Part shown: positions 48,736 through 57,826 of the stretch, piece after piece
How positions within the stretch are numbered: the stretch's first letter is position 1
Layout of the letters: each line of letters begins with the position of its first letter
NCBI GenBank assembly: GCA_046263195.1
Contig: JBHELG010000039.1
Location: 4,906 to 68,905 of the forward strand
Origin: Nitriliruptorales bacterium
GTDB taxonomy: Bacteria; Actinomycetota; Nitriliruptoria; Nitriliruptorales; JAHWKO01
Direction: 5' to 3'
Length of the DNA: 64,000 nucleotides
Notes under the pieces: generated by a model
Databases searched by the model: none
The model's input: only the letters and a program-made list of their open reading frames with translations
What the model was told of the DNA's origin: nothing
Program-made: the position numbers and the translations under genes

Positions 48736-49047
48736 TCACAGGGCGGTCCCGGGCAGGGTGTGGTCGCGCTCGCCTACCGATGTGGCCTCCCCGCCTCCGG
48801 CGTGGACCATGACGATGTCAGACGTGTTCACGAGCACCGTCTCCGCCCGCTCCCGTTCCCCCGCGAGCTCGTAGACGGCGTCCACGATGGGCAGGAAGTT
48901 GGGCGGCGAGATGTTCAACACGTCGGAGATGCGGCGGTTGTAGGTGCGGGTTTCGACCTGCACCTCTCCTTCGACGATGCAGCCGTTGCGGAGAAACACC
49001 TTGACCCGGACCGGCCGGGTGCGCACGGGAGCCTGCGGATCACTCAT
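48736..49047 (-). CDS. hypothetical protein (103 aa) between carA and carB
   Basis: Trimmed to ATG at 49047: ATGA overlap with the carA stop, and AAGGCGGAG 4 nt upstream. Sequence: MSDPQAPVRTRPVRVKVFLRNGCIVEGEVQVETRTYNRRISDVLNISPPNFLPIVDAVYELAGERERAETVLVNTSDIVMVH... I recognise no family. Confidence 0.5.
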   Translation of the reverse strand: MSDPQAPVRTRPVRVKVFLRNGCIVEGEVQVETRTYNRRISDVLNISPPNFLPIVDAVYELAGERERAETVLVNTSDIVMVHAGGGEATSVGERDHTLPGTAL

Positions 49048-50174
49048 CCGGCTCCGCCTTTCTCTCGTTGCACGAGGTGGGAGAAACGCTCGAACAAGTA
49101 TTCCGCGTCGTGGGGTCCGGGGGCTGCCTCCGGGTGGTACTGCACGCTGAACGCAGGCAGGTCGCGGCACACGAGACCTTCACAGGTGCCGTCGTTGAGG
49201 TTGAGATGACTGACCTCGACCTGGCCGTGCTCCGCCGTCTCGAACAGCTGAGCTTCGACCTGTTCGCCAAGCGAGGCAGCATCGACCGCGAACCCGTGGT
49301 TGTGGCTGGTTATCTCCACCGTCCCGTCGACCCGTCGCAGGACCGGCTGGTTCACGCCGCGGTGACCGAAGCGCAGCTTGTAGGTCTCCGCGCCCAGCGC
49401 ATGCCCGAGCAGTTGCGATCCGAGGCAGATCCCGAACACGGGGACCTTGCCGAGCAGGCGGCCCAGCGTGGCGATGCCGCCCTTGACTGCGGCGGGATCC
49501 CCAGGGCCATTCGAGACGAAGACCCCGTCCGGGTCGTGGGCGAGCACCTCCTCCTCGCTGGCGCTGGCCGGCAGGACCACGACCTCGAAGCCGTGACGGG
49601 CGAGATTGCGCAGGATCGAGCGCTTCACGCCGAAGTCGAGGGTCACGGCCCGATGCCGGCCTCCTGCGTGCCACAGGTAGGCGGCCGGGGTCGTGACCTG
49701 GCCGGTGAGATCCTGTCCGATCATTCCCGGGCTTTCGAGGACTCGGGCGTGCAGGGCATCGACGTCGAGGATCTCTGTCGAGATCCCGCAGCGCATCGCC
49801 CCCTGCTCTCGGATGCGTCGGGTCAGTCGGCGCGTGTCCACCCCCTCGATTGCGACCACTCCGGCCTCGCGCAGGGCGGTGGGAAGATCCCCTTCTGCCC
49901 GCCAGCTCGACGCCCGTCGGGCCGCCTCCCGCACGACGAACCCCGCCACCTGGATGCGGTCCGACTCGGCGTCCGCCGGGTTCATGCCGTAGTTGCCCAC
50001 GTGGGTGGCGGTCATCGCGACGACCTGACCGCGGTAAGAGGGGTCGGTGAGCACCTCCTGGTAGCCGGCCATGCTCGTGTTGAACACGGCTTCGCCGAAG
50101 CTCGTCCCCTCGGCCCCGAACGAGGTGCCACGGAAGGCACTGCCCTCCTCGAGCACCAACACGGCGTCTCTCAC
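49044..50174 (-). CDS. carA: carbamoyl-phosphate synthase small subunit
   Basis: GATase motifs GICLGSQLL and SHNHGFAV; GTGA overlap with the upstream ORF. Confidence 0.95.
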   Translation of the reverse strand: MRDAVLVLEEGSAFRGTSFGAEGTSFGEAVFNTSMAGYQEVLTDPSYRGQVVAMTATHVGNYGMNPADAESDRIQVAGFVVREAARRASSWRAEGDLPTALREAGVVAIEGVDTRRLTRRIREQGAMRCGISTEILDVDALHARVLESPGMIGQDLTGQVTTPAAYLWHAGGRHRAVTLDFGVKRSILRNLARHGFEVVVLPASASEEEVLAHDPDGVFVSNGPGDPAAVKGGIATLGRLLGKVPVFGICLGSQLLGHALGAETYKLRFGHRGVNQPVLRRVDGTVEITSHNHGFAVDAASLGEQVEAQLFETAEHGQVEVSHLNLNDGTCEGLVCRDLPAFSVQYHPEAAPGPHDAEYLFERFSHLVQREKGGAG

Positions 50175-50674
50175 GGGCGCGCCTTCGCGACATCCCGCAG
50201 CCTCCCGGCGAGATCGCCCGCCTGCTCTCTGCTACCGCAGACGAAGCCGGAATCGAGCTCGACCGGTCTGCTGTCGGTCGTGCTGTGCAGCCAGCGGACG
50301 ACGACGGTGCGTCGGCGCGGGGCGGTCTGGGCAGCGTGACCACGCTCGACTCCAACCGCGAGGATCGGTGCGACCCGGACGACCGGACCGCGGTCGCGGG
50401 CGAAGACCAGACTCCCCTGCTCGACCCAGAGCGCGCACGGTCCCGGGCCGAAGAGCCCCCCCAGGGCCACCCGATCGATCCAGTTGCCGTCCCTGGTCGT
50501 GCCGGTGTAGCGGACGATGGCGTCCGGAAGGCGGTTCGGACGGGGACGGGCCGGCAGCGGCACATAACGGGCCTCGTCGTGCGCGCGCCGGCGGAGGTAG
50601 CCACGCCACATGCCATAGGTCGCGAACGCGACGGGCAGAACGAGGAAAAGGAACGTGGCGCCCAGACGTTGCAT
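50171..50674 (-). CDS. hypothetical membrane-anchored protein between pyrC and carA
   Basis: One N-terminal TM segment. GGGAGGGGG SD. The start overlaps the pyrC stop (TGATG). In mycobacteria a hypothetical gene occupies the same pyrC-carA position (from memory). Confidence 0.55.
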   Translation of the reverse strand: MQRLGATFLFLVLPVAFATYGMWRGYLRRRAHDEARYVPLPARPRPNRLPDAIVRYTGTTRDGNWIDRVALGGLFGPGPCALWVEQGSLVFARDRGPVVRVAPILAVGVERGHAAQTAPRRRTVVVRWLHSTTDSRPVELDSGFVCGSREQAGDLAGRLRDVAKARP

Positions 50675-52014
50675 CAGGCGGCCCCCTCCCTCACCAGGCC
50701 GTCGCGGAGCGTGAAACGCCCCCTCAGGAGCGTATGAACCGGACGTGTGGTCAGCTTCTTGCCTTCGAATGGAGTGTTACGGGCCTTCGAACGCAGCCGG
50801 CGACCCTCCACCACCCACCGGGCCTGCGGATCCACGACGGTGAGGTGAGCTGGCGCACCGCGTTCGAGCGCGCCGCCATGTCCGCCCACCCGCCGTACCC
50901 CCGCCGGTCCAGTGGTGAAACGCGCAATTGCGGTCAACAGATCGAGGGTTCCCGCTTCGGAGTCGGGGCGGTGTGCCTCGGGATCCACGAGGTCGGTCAC
51001 GACGGCCGCGAACGCGGTCTCCAGCCCGAGCAGACCAGGTGGCGCGTGCTCCCACTCCTGCTCTTTCTGCTCGGGCGGGTGGGGGGCGTGGTCGGTGGCC
51101 ACCGCGTCGATGGTCCCGTCGGCCAGGCCGATCCGAAGTGCCGTCACGTCAGCGCTCGTGCGCAGCGGAGGGTTCACCTTCAGGTTCGGGTCGTAGGCAG
51201 CGACGAGCGTCTCATCCAGGACGAGGTGGTGGGGAGTGACCTCGGCGGTTACCCGCACCCCACGCGCCTTGGCGGTGCGGATCAGCTCGACCGAACCCGC
51301 GGTGGACACGTGGGGGACATGGAGGCGGGAGCCTACGCCTGCGGCGAGGATGAGGTCGCGGGCGATCATCACCTCCTCGGCCTCCCGCGGCCAGCCAGGC
51401 AGCCCGAGTAACGACGAGGTGGCGCCCTCGTTCATCTGTGCCCCCCGTGTGAGGGCCGGCTCCTCGCTGTGGTTGCAGACGACCGCGTCGAACGTCTTGG
51501 CGTACTGCAGCGCTCGTCGCATGACGAGCGGGTCCGCGACGGGCTTGCCGTCGTCACTGAAGCAGTCGACAGCCGCCGAGGAGGCGCGAAGAGCTCCGAA
51601 CTCGGCGAGCTCACTGCCCTTCAAGCCTCTCGTGATCGCTCCCACCGGGAAGACGTCGGCGAGGCCGACTTCCTCTGCACGTCGCAGCACGAGCTCGGCC
51701 ACTGCCGGTGAGTCGCAGACCGGGTCGGTGTTGGCCATCGGGCACACGGCGGTGTAGCCGCCTGCGGCGGCAGCAGCGGTGCCGGTCGCGACGTCTTCGG
51801 CGTCCTCGAATCCCGGCTCACGCAGGTGGGTGTGGAGGTCGATGAAGCCTGGCATGAGCCACAGACCGCCGCAGTCCACCACCTCATCGCCTTCGGGGGC
51901 GAGGTTGGGGCCGAGCTCGACGATCCGCCCGGACAGGATGCGCACGTCTGCGACCTCTGAGCGCCAGCGTGTCGGGTCGAGGACGCGCCCGCCCTTCAGC
52001 AGCAGGCCCTTCAC
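50674..52014 (-). CDS. pyrC: dihydroorotase
   Basis: [11 protein letters not shown] metal-binding motif; 446 aa. Confidence 0.92.
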   Translation of the reverse strand: MKGLLLKGGRVLDPTRWRSEVADVRILSGRIVELGPNLAPEGDEVVDCGGLWLMPGFIDLHTHLREPGFEDAEDVATGTAAAAAGGYTAVCPMANTDPVCDSPAVAELVLRRAEEVGLADVFPVGAITRGLKGSELAEFGALRASSAAVDCFSDDGKPVADPLVMRRALQYAKTFDAVVCNHSEEPALTRGAQMNEGATSSLLGLPGWPREAEEVMIARDLILAAGVGSRLHVPHVSTAGSVELIRTAKARGVRVTAEVTPHHLVLDETLVAAYDPNLKVNPPLRTSADVTALRIGLADGTIDAVATDHAPHPPEQKEQEWEHAPPGLLGLETAFAAVVTDLVDPEAHRPDSEAGTLDLLTAIARFTTGPAGVRRVGGHGGALERGAPAHLTVVDPQARWVVEGRRLRSKARNTPFEGKKLTTRPVHTLLRGRFTLRDGLVREGAA

Positions 52015-52967
52015 GCGAGACTCCCGGTGGTGGCTAGCTCCGCTCGGGGTCCGAGCGACAGGTAGAGCACGGCCATGCGCACAGCGATGCCGTTCGTGAC
52101 TTGGTCGGTGATGACGGCACGTTCGCTGTCCGCGACGTCGGGGGCGATTTCGACGCCGCGATTCATGGGACCCGGGTGCATGACGATGGCATGGTCGGGC
52201 AGGCGCGCAAGACGCCCCGCATCCAGCCCCCAGAAGCGGGCGTATTCGCGGGTGGTCGGGAAGAAGTGGTGGGTCATCCGCTCCCGTTGGACTCGTAGCA
52301 CGTACAAGACGTCGAGGTCGCCGAGGACGTGGTCGAGGTCCGTCGCTACCCGTGCCTGCCAGTTCTCAACGCCGGGAGGCAGGAGGGTCGGCGGAGCGAC
52401 GAGGGTGACGCGCGCCCCGACGAGGTTGAGCGCCTGAACCTCGCTGCGCGCCACGCGCGAGTGCAGGATGTCCCCCACGATCGCGACGTTCAGGCCGGCG
52501 AGGCGGCCGAGGTGACGACGCATCGTGTACAGGTCGAGCAGGGCTTGAGTGGGGTGCTGATGGGCGCCGTCCCCCGCGTTGATCACCTTCGCGTCGACCC
52601 AGCGGGTGAGCTGCAGTGGAACGCCCGCTGAGGACGAACGCACGACGATGACGTCGACACCCATGGCTTTCAGCGTGAGCGCCGTGTCTTTGAAGGACTC
52701 GCCTTTGCTGACGCTCGAACCCCGAGTCGTGAAGTTGATGACGTCTGCGGAAAGCCGTTTTGCTGCGAGCTCGAAGCTGATGCGGGTGCGCGTCGAATCC
52801 TCGAGGAAGAGGTTGCAGACGGTGCGTCCGCGCAGGGTGGGAACCTTCTTGATCGGCCGCTCGGCTATCGAGCGCAACTGCTCGGCGGAGTCGAGGATGG
52901 CTTCGACCTGATCGAGGTCAAGGTCGGTCACGCTGAGAAGGTGCGGGAGGGCTTTCATTGCTCCCAT
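52011..52967 (-). CDS. pyrB: aspartate carbamoyltransferase catalytic subunit
   Basis: [15 protein letters not shown] and the LP..MHPGP-type motif. An alternative ATG at 52958 would give an ATGA overlap with the pyrR stop. Confidence 0.93.
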   Translation of the reverse strand: MGAMKALPHLLSVTDLDLDQVEAILDSAEQLRSIAERPIKKVPTLRGRTVCNLFLEDSTRTRISFELAAKRLSADVINFTTRGSSVSKGESFKDTALTLKAMGVDVIVVRSSSAGVPLQLTRWVDAKVINAGDGAHQHPTQALLDLYTMRRHLGRLAGLNVAIVGDILHSRVARSEVQALNLVGARVTLVAPPTLLPPGVENWQARVATDLDHVLGDLDVLYVLRVQRERMTHHFFPTTREYARFWGLDAGRLARLPDHAIVMHPGPMNRGVEIAPDVADSERAVITDQVTNGIAVRMAVLYLSLGPRAELATTGSLA

Positions 52968-53527
52968 CCCAGGTCAGACGGGCCGGCACCCCGGGCCGGG
53001 CACGGGATGACGTCGACCGCGTCCGTGCCGTCGACCTCGGCGAGGCGGACCCGCACGTCCTCTTTCCGTGAGGTCGGCAGGTTCTTGCCCACGTGGTCCG
53101 CCCGGATGGGCAGCTCGCGATGCCCGCGGTCGATGAGCACCGCGAGACGTACCGCACGGGGACGGCCGACCTCCACGACCTCCTCGAGTGCGGCCCGCAC
53201 CGTGCGACCCGTGTAGAGGACGTCGTCGACGAGCACCACGACGCGGCCATTCACGTCGCAGGGAAAGGAGGTCTCGCCGAGAGGCAACGGGCCACGCCGC
53301 GACAGGTCGTCACGGTGAAGGGTGATGTCGAGCGAGCCGTGGGGGACGACGACGCCCTCGATCTCTTTTATGTGACCGGCGAGACGGGCGGCGAGGGGGA
53401 CGCCCCGGGTTTGGATACCCATGAGGACGAGGTCGCTGGCGCCTTGGTTGCGTTCGACGATCTCGTGGGCGATACGGCTGACGCTGCGGGCGATGTCGCC
53501 GGATTCGAGCACGCGCCTCGGCGCCAC
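52955..53527 (-). CDS. pyrR: bifunctional pyrimidine operon regulator / uracil phosphoribosyltransferase PyrR
   Basis: [22 protein letters not shown] motif; 190 aa; GTG start. Confidence 0.92.
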   Translation of the reverse strand: MAPRRVLESGDIARSVSRIAHEIVERNQGASDLVLMGIQTRGVPLAARLAGHIKEIEGVVVPHGSLDITLHRDDLSRRGPLPLGETSFPCDVNGRVVVLVDDVLYTGRTVRAALEEVVEVGRPRAVRLAVLIDRGHRELPIRADHVGKNLPTSRKEDVRVRLAEVDGTDAVDVIPCPARGAGPSDLGWEQ

Positions 53528-53533
53528 ACGGGT

Positions 53534-53568
53534 CCCTTCCCGGCCTCTCGGGACCGGTCCTTAAAGGG
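53534..53568 (-). promoter_or_regulatory. putative PyrR-binding RNA hairpin that includes the pyrR Shine-Dalgarno sequence
   Basis: mRNA sense: CCCUUUAAGGACCGGUCCCGAGAGGCCGGGAAGGG, followed by ACCC and then the GUG start. The loop UCCCGAGAGGCC resembles the PyrR binding-loop consensus (A/G)UCCAGAGAGGCU. The CCCUU/AAGGG and CCGG/CCGG stems include the GGGAAGGG SD. Confidence 0.55.
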
Positions 53569-53627
53569 TGGTCGGCGGCCGCAGGCTACCCGCCCCCCTC
53601 GTCGGCGCCAAACACGGAGCCTGGTGC

Positions 53628-54008
53628 CTAGCGGAAGGCGGGCAGATCGTAGGGACGCACGGTGCTGCGGCCGTTCGCGCGCGCGCGCTCGATGCCCTCG
53701 TTCAGTATCGCCTCGACGTGACCGTTCAAGGCGTCGATGAGAGTCGAGTCGACGCGCAGGTCCGAGGCGCGTATGAGCTGCTGAACCCGGCTCGCCACGG
53801 CGACTCCCGTCGAGTCGTCCAAACGCGGCCCGGCAAGATCCTCGGGACGAACCGTCGAACGCCCGTTCTTACGTGCCCGGTTCATGGCGCCGTTCAGGAG
53901 TGCGACCACCCGGTTGTGCAGTGCATCGGGGAGTTGCGAGTCGGTCCGCAGCTCGGCTCCGCCAATGACGTCTCTCACCTTACTCACCGTGACGAGTAGC
54001 TCTGCCAT
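53628..54008 (-). CDS. tandem (doublet) histone-fold protein, 126 aa
   Basis: There are two internal repeats, each ending in NGRSTVRP(E/Y)DL. Each half aligns by eye with archaeal histone HMfB (GAERVSDD...[14 protein letters not shown]). AGGAAGGA SD lies 8 nt upstream of the ATG. Confidence 0.55.
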   Translation of the reverse strand: MAELLVTVSKVRDVIGGAELRTDSQLPDALHNRVVALLNGAMNRARKNGRSTVRPEDLAGPRLDDSTGVAVASRVQQLIRASDLRVDSTLIDALNGHVEAILNEGIERARANGRSTVRPYDLPAFR

Positions 54009-54043
54009 GATCGAAATCCTTCCTGAGAGTTCGGGCGGCCACC

Positions 54044-54475
54044 TCAGCCACCCTCGAGCCGGCTGGTTCTCAGCACGGCTGACAGCACCCCGTTGATGTA
54101 GCGGGGAGAGTCCTCCGTCGACATCTCCTTGGCAAGCTCCACAGCCTCATCTATGACGACTGCTGCTGGCGTGTCTGTCGCCTCGAGCAGCTCGTAGACC
54201 GCAAGTCGCAGAATGTTGCGGTCGATGATGGGCATGCGCGACACCGTCCAGCCATGTGCGTGGCTCGCGATGATCACGTCGATCTCCTCGCAGCCCCGGG
54301 CGACGCCGTGGATGAGAACACGGGCGAAGTCGTCGAGTGGGTCAGCTTGAGGATCGCTGATCGTACGCTCGAGCGTGTCCGTGATGTCTCGGCGGCGCAC
54401 GTCCGCCTCGTAGAGCACTTCGAGGGCGCGTCGTCGCGCCTCGTGGCGTGGCAGGTGCACAGCTTCCGTGGTCAC
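54044..54475 (-). CDS. nusB: transcription antitermination factor NusB
   Basis: 143 aa; RRRALEVLYEAD... and VVIDEAVELAK patterns; efp-nusB synteny. Confidence 0.9.
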   Translation of the reverse strand: MTTEAVHLPRHEARRRALEVLYEADVRRRDITDTLERTISDPQADPLDDFARVLIHGVARGCEEIDVIIASHAHGWTVSRMPIIDRNILRLAVYELLEATDTPAAVVIDEAVELAKEMSTEDSPRYINGVLSAVLRTSRLEGG

Positions 54476-54476
54476 C

Positions 54477-55034
54477 TCAGGCTCGGGAGAGGTATTCGCC
54501 TGTGCGGGTGTCGACCTTCACCTTGTCGCCCGCGTCGACGAACAGAGGGACCTGGATTTCGACGCCGGTTTCGAGGCGCGCCGGCTTGGTCGCGTTCTGC
54601 ACGGTGTTGCCGGCGACGCCTGGTTCGGTCTCGAGGACTTCGAGGGTGACCGAGGCTGGAAGTTCGACCCCGACGATGCGTCCCTCGTAGTCGAGGATGC
54701 CAATGGTGTCCCCCTCCCGCAGCCAGAATTGAGCATCTCCGACGGCATCCTGGGGGATCTGATCCTGCTCGAACGTTTCGGTGTCCATGAATACGAACAT
54801 GGGACCGTCGCGGTAGAGAAACTGGAGCTCGCGTTTCTGCACGATGGCTTGCGGAACTTCTTCTCCGGCACGGAAGGTCTTGTCGAGTACCTTCCCGGTC
54901 TCGACGCTGCGTAGCTTCGTGCGCACGAACGCGCCGCCTTTGCCCGGCTTGACGTGCTGGAACTCGATCACCTGCATGAGACGGCCGTCGACGACGAGCG
55001 TCATGCCATTCTTCAGGTTGTTCGTCGAGACCAT
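54477..55034 (-). CDS. efp: elongation factor P
   Basis: VKPGKGGAFVRTKLRS loop motif; 185 aa. Confidence 0.95.
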   Translation of the reverse strand: MVSTNNLKNGMTLVVDGRLMQVIEFQHVKPGKGGAFVRTKLRSVETGKVLDKTFRAGEEVPQAIVQKRELQFLYRDGPMFVFMDTETFEQDQIPQDAVGDAQFWLREGDTIGILDYEGRIVGVELPASVTLEVLETEPGVAGNTVQNATKPARLETGVEIQVPLFVDAGDKVKVDTRTGEYLSRA

Positions 55035-55062
55035 GTCGACTCCGGCTCCGACCGCAAGCCTG

Positions 55063-56247
55063 TCACAGAACCACGAGATCGTGCGAGGATGAGGTGAGGA
55101 TGTCGGGCGGACCGGTCACGGTCACGACCACGGTGTCCTCTATGCGGACCCCTCCGACTCCAGCAAGATACACGCCAGGCTCGACCGTGACCGTCATGCC
55201 CGGCTCGAGGTTAGCACGGCCCCCCTCCGCGAGGGTTGGCCACTCGTGTATTGCCAGCCCCACACCGTGCCCCGTCGGATGCAGGAACTGCTTGCCGCGG
55301 CCTGCGGCCGCGATAGGTTCCCGGCAGGCCCGGTCGACTTCACCCACCGCGACACCCGCCAGGGTTGCCGCCACTCCCGCAGCCTGGGCGCAGCGGACGA
55401 GGTCGTAGACGGCTCGGAGTTCCGGACCGGGGTCGCCGAGGGCGACAGTGCGGCTCATGTCAGCGTGATAGCCGCCGTAGCGCGCCCCGAAATCGAGCTT
55501 GAGAAGGTCACCCGGGCGTAGCTCGCGAGTGGTTGGGCGATGGTGGGGAATGGCGCTGTTGGGTCCCGAGGCGACGATGGTGTCGAAGGCCGGGCTCTCC
55601 GCCCCGAGGTCGACCATGCACCGGTCGAGTGCCACGGCCACAGCGCGCTCGTTAGCCCCGGGGCGCAGCGAGCCGAGCACATGCTCGAACGTCGCGACCG
55701 TGATGGCACATGCGGCGCGGATGGCGGCAAGCTCATGTTCGTCTTTCACCGCCCGCAACGCTTCGACCTGTCCTGACGCTGGGCGCGCGTCGATGCCTTC
55801 TTCTCGAGCTTTGCCACGCAGGCTCTCCCCGGCATCCCAGGAGAGGTGGTCAGCTTCGAACCCGACCGTTGCTAGTCCCGCTCTGGAGAGTCGCCGGACG
55901 ATGCGGTCCGGAACGCCCGAGCGCAGCGTCACGAGGTCCAAGCCGGGGGCCTCGGCGTGCGCCTGAGTCGTGTAGCGAGAGTCGGTGAAAAGGACGTCGA
56001 GTTCACCGTCGCATGTCACGAGCACGCGACCATTCGTGCCCCTGAAGCCGGTGAGCCAGCGGACGTTGCGCAGATCGGTGACGTAGAGGGCTTCCAGTTC
56101 TCGCTCCGCGAGTCTGGCACGGAGGCGATCACGGCGCCGCCGATGGTCGACAGGCGGCGGGAGGGCGGGAAAATCGGGGCACGCCGACGCAGGCGGCGGG
56201 AGGGTGGGAAAATCGGGATACGCCGCCGGTTCAGCGCCGGATGTCAC
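55063..56247 (-). CDS. M24-family Xaa-Pro aminopeptidase/dipeptidase
   Basis: HPTGHGVGLAIHEWP and VEPGVY metal-ligand motifs. GTGA overlap with the aroQ stop. The N-terminus carries a 13-aa tandem duplication. Confidence 0.85.
   Translation of the reverse strand: MTSGAEPAAYPDFPTLPPPASACPDFPALPPPVDHRRRRDRLRARLAERELEALYVTDLRNVRWLTGFRGTNGRVLVTCDGELDVLFTDSRYTTQAHAEAPGLDLVTLRSGVPDRIVRRLSRAGLATVGFEADHLSWDAGESLRGKAREEGIDARPASGQVEALRAVKDEHELAAIRAACAITVATFEHVLGSLRPGANERAVAVALDRCMVDLGAESPAFDTIVASGPNSAIPHHRPTTRELRPGDLLKLDFGARYGGYHADMSRTVALGDPGPELRAVYDLVRCAQAAGVAATLAGVAVGEVDRACREPIAAAGRGKQFLHPTGHGVGLAIHEWPTLAEGGRANLEPGMTVTVEPGVYLAGVGGVRIEDTVVVTVTGPPDILTSSSHDLVVL
56152..56225. repeat. 39-bp tandem duplication (two 35-bp near-identical cores) in the peptidase 5' end
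   Basis: AGGCGGCGGGAGGGCGGGAAAATCGGGGCACGCCG lies at 56152-56186 and AGGCGGCGGGAGGGTGGGAAAATCGGGATACGCCG at 56191-56225. They encode PDFPTLPPPASAC and PDFPALPPPVDHR. Confidence 0.8.
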
Positions 56248-56720
56248 TTCCCGTCACCCGCCTTGCCTTCTCCCAGCCGATCATTGACGAGCGCGACCGC
56301 CGCCTGGACTGCAAGGCGGTAACCAGCCGGGCCGAACCCCGCAATGGACCCGTCGCACACGGCGGCGATGACAGAACGCTGACGGAAGCGCTCGCGACCG
56401 TGCACGTTGGAAAGATGCACCTCGACCTTTGGGATCGTGAGGGTCTCGAGCGAGTCGCGCAGCGCGTAACTGTAGTGTGTGAGAGCACCCGGGTTGATGA
56501 TGACCGCATCCGTGCCATCCTGCCGTGCGGCATGGAGCCGGGTCACGAGGTCCCCCTCCGTGCTGTGCTGCACGTGATCGAGTTCAGCGCCGGACGCTCG
56601 TGCCTCCTCCGCTGCCAGCTCCAGGAGGCCGCCCAGGTCGAGGCGACCGTAGAGGGCGGGGTCACGGTGGCCGAGCTGATCGAGGTTCGGGCCGTGGACG
56701 AGCAGGATCTTCATGCTCAC
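56244..56720 (-). CDS. aroQ: type II 3-dehydroquinate dehydratase
   Basis: KILLVHGPNLDQLG N-terminus; HLSNVHGRE. Confidence 0.93.
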   Translation of the reverse strand: MSMKILLVHGPNLDQLGHRDPALYGRLDLGGLLELAAEEARASGAELDHVQHSTEGDLVTRLHAARQDGTDAVIINPGALTHYSYALRDSLETLTIPKVEVHLSNVHGRERFRQRSVIAAVCDGSIAGFGPAGYRLAVQAAVALVNDRLGEGKAGDGK

Positions 56721-57826
56721 ATTCCTCCCGCCTCCGACGCGGCTTCCACTTCGTCGATGGCGGCGTTCACGGCGTGGACAGGGGGGGCCACGAGGACCGG
56801 CCGGGCGAGTCCTTCGAGCAGGACGAAGCGGACGTCTCCCTGTGCCTTCTTGTCGCGCAGCATGGCGGCCCAGATCGCGGCACGATCGAGCGGCGGGATG
56901 CGGACCGGCAAGCCGAGCCGCCGTAGCAGGGTCTCGCCCCGCTCGACGAGCGCCGGTGGGGTGAGCCCGAGGCGGGCACCGAGCCGCAGCGCGACCGCGG
57001 TGCCGATCGAGACCGCCTCCCCATGGAGATAGCCGCTGTAGGCGGTGACCGCCTCGATCGCGTGGCCGTAGGTGTGGCCGAGGTTGAGGTGCGACCGCCG
57101 TCCCGTCTCGCGTTCGTCGCCCGCGACGACCGCAGCCTTCACCGCCACCGAACGCACCACCAGTTCCTCGAGTACCCCAACCTCTCCACCGGAAGCCGCA
57201 CGAGGGTCGGCCTCGAGAACTTCGAGGATCGTCGGGTCCCGGATGAGCCCGTACTTCACGACCTCGGCCAATCCCGCGACAAGCTCGCGGGAGGGCAAGG
57301 TGGCGAGAACATCGACGTCGGCAACGACCGCGAGTGGCTGGTGAAAGGCACCGACGAGATTCTTGCCTTCGGGCAGGTTCACGGCGGTCTTGCCGCCGAT
57401 TGCGGCGTCAACCTGGGCGACCAGGGTGGTCGGCACCTGCACCAACCCGACCCCGCGGTGCCAGGTGGCCGCCAGAAACCCTGCGAGGTCCCCTACCACG
57501 CCGCCGCCCACCGCGAAAATGACGTCACCGCGGCCCAGTGGGATCCGGGCGAGGGACCGGTAGAGGTTCGCGAGAACCGCGAGGTCCTTCGCCTGCTCAC
57601 CATCCGGCACTACGAGGTCGTGGACATCGAGCCCGACCTCGCTCAGAGCCGCGCAGACCGGGGCCGCGTAGCGGTCGACAACCGCAGGCTGGGTGACGAC
57701 GACGGCTCGCCGCGCTCCGACCGGCAGCACCACGTGTCGGGCGAGGTCGACGAGCACACCCCTTCCGACCACGACGTCGTAGCCGCGCTCGGCGAGATCG
57801 ACTCGCACGACCGTGCCAGCCGTCAT
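56717..57826 (-). CDS. aroB: 3-dehydroquinate synthase
   Basis: AVGGGVVGDLAGF and HTYGHAIE-type motifs. Confidence 0.93.
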   Translation of the reverse strand: MTAGTVVRVDLAERGYDVVVGRGVLVDLARHVVLPVGARRAVVVTQPAVVDRYAAPVCAALSEVGLDVHDLVVPDGEQAKDLAVLANLYRSLARIPLGRGDVIFAVGGGVVGDLAGFLAATWHRGVGLVQVPTTLVAQVDAAIGGKTAVNLPEGKNLVGAFHQPLAVVADVDVLATLPSRELVAGLAEVVKYGLIRDPTILEVLEADPRAASGGEVGVLEELVVRSVAVKAAVVAGDERETGRRSHLNLGHTYGHAIEAVTAYSGYLHGEAVSIGTAVALRLGARLGLTPPALVERGETLLRRLGLPVRIPPLDRAAIWAAMLRDKKAQGDVRFVLLEGLARPVLVAPPVHAVNAAIDEVEAASEAGGM

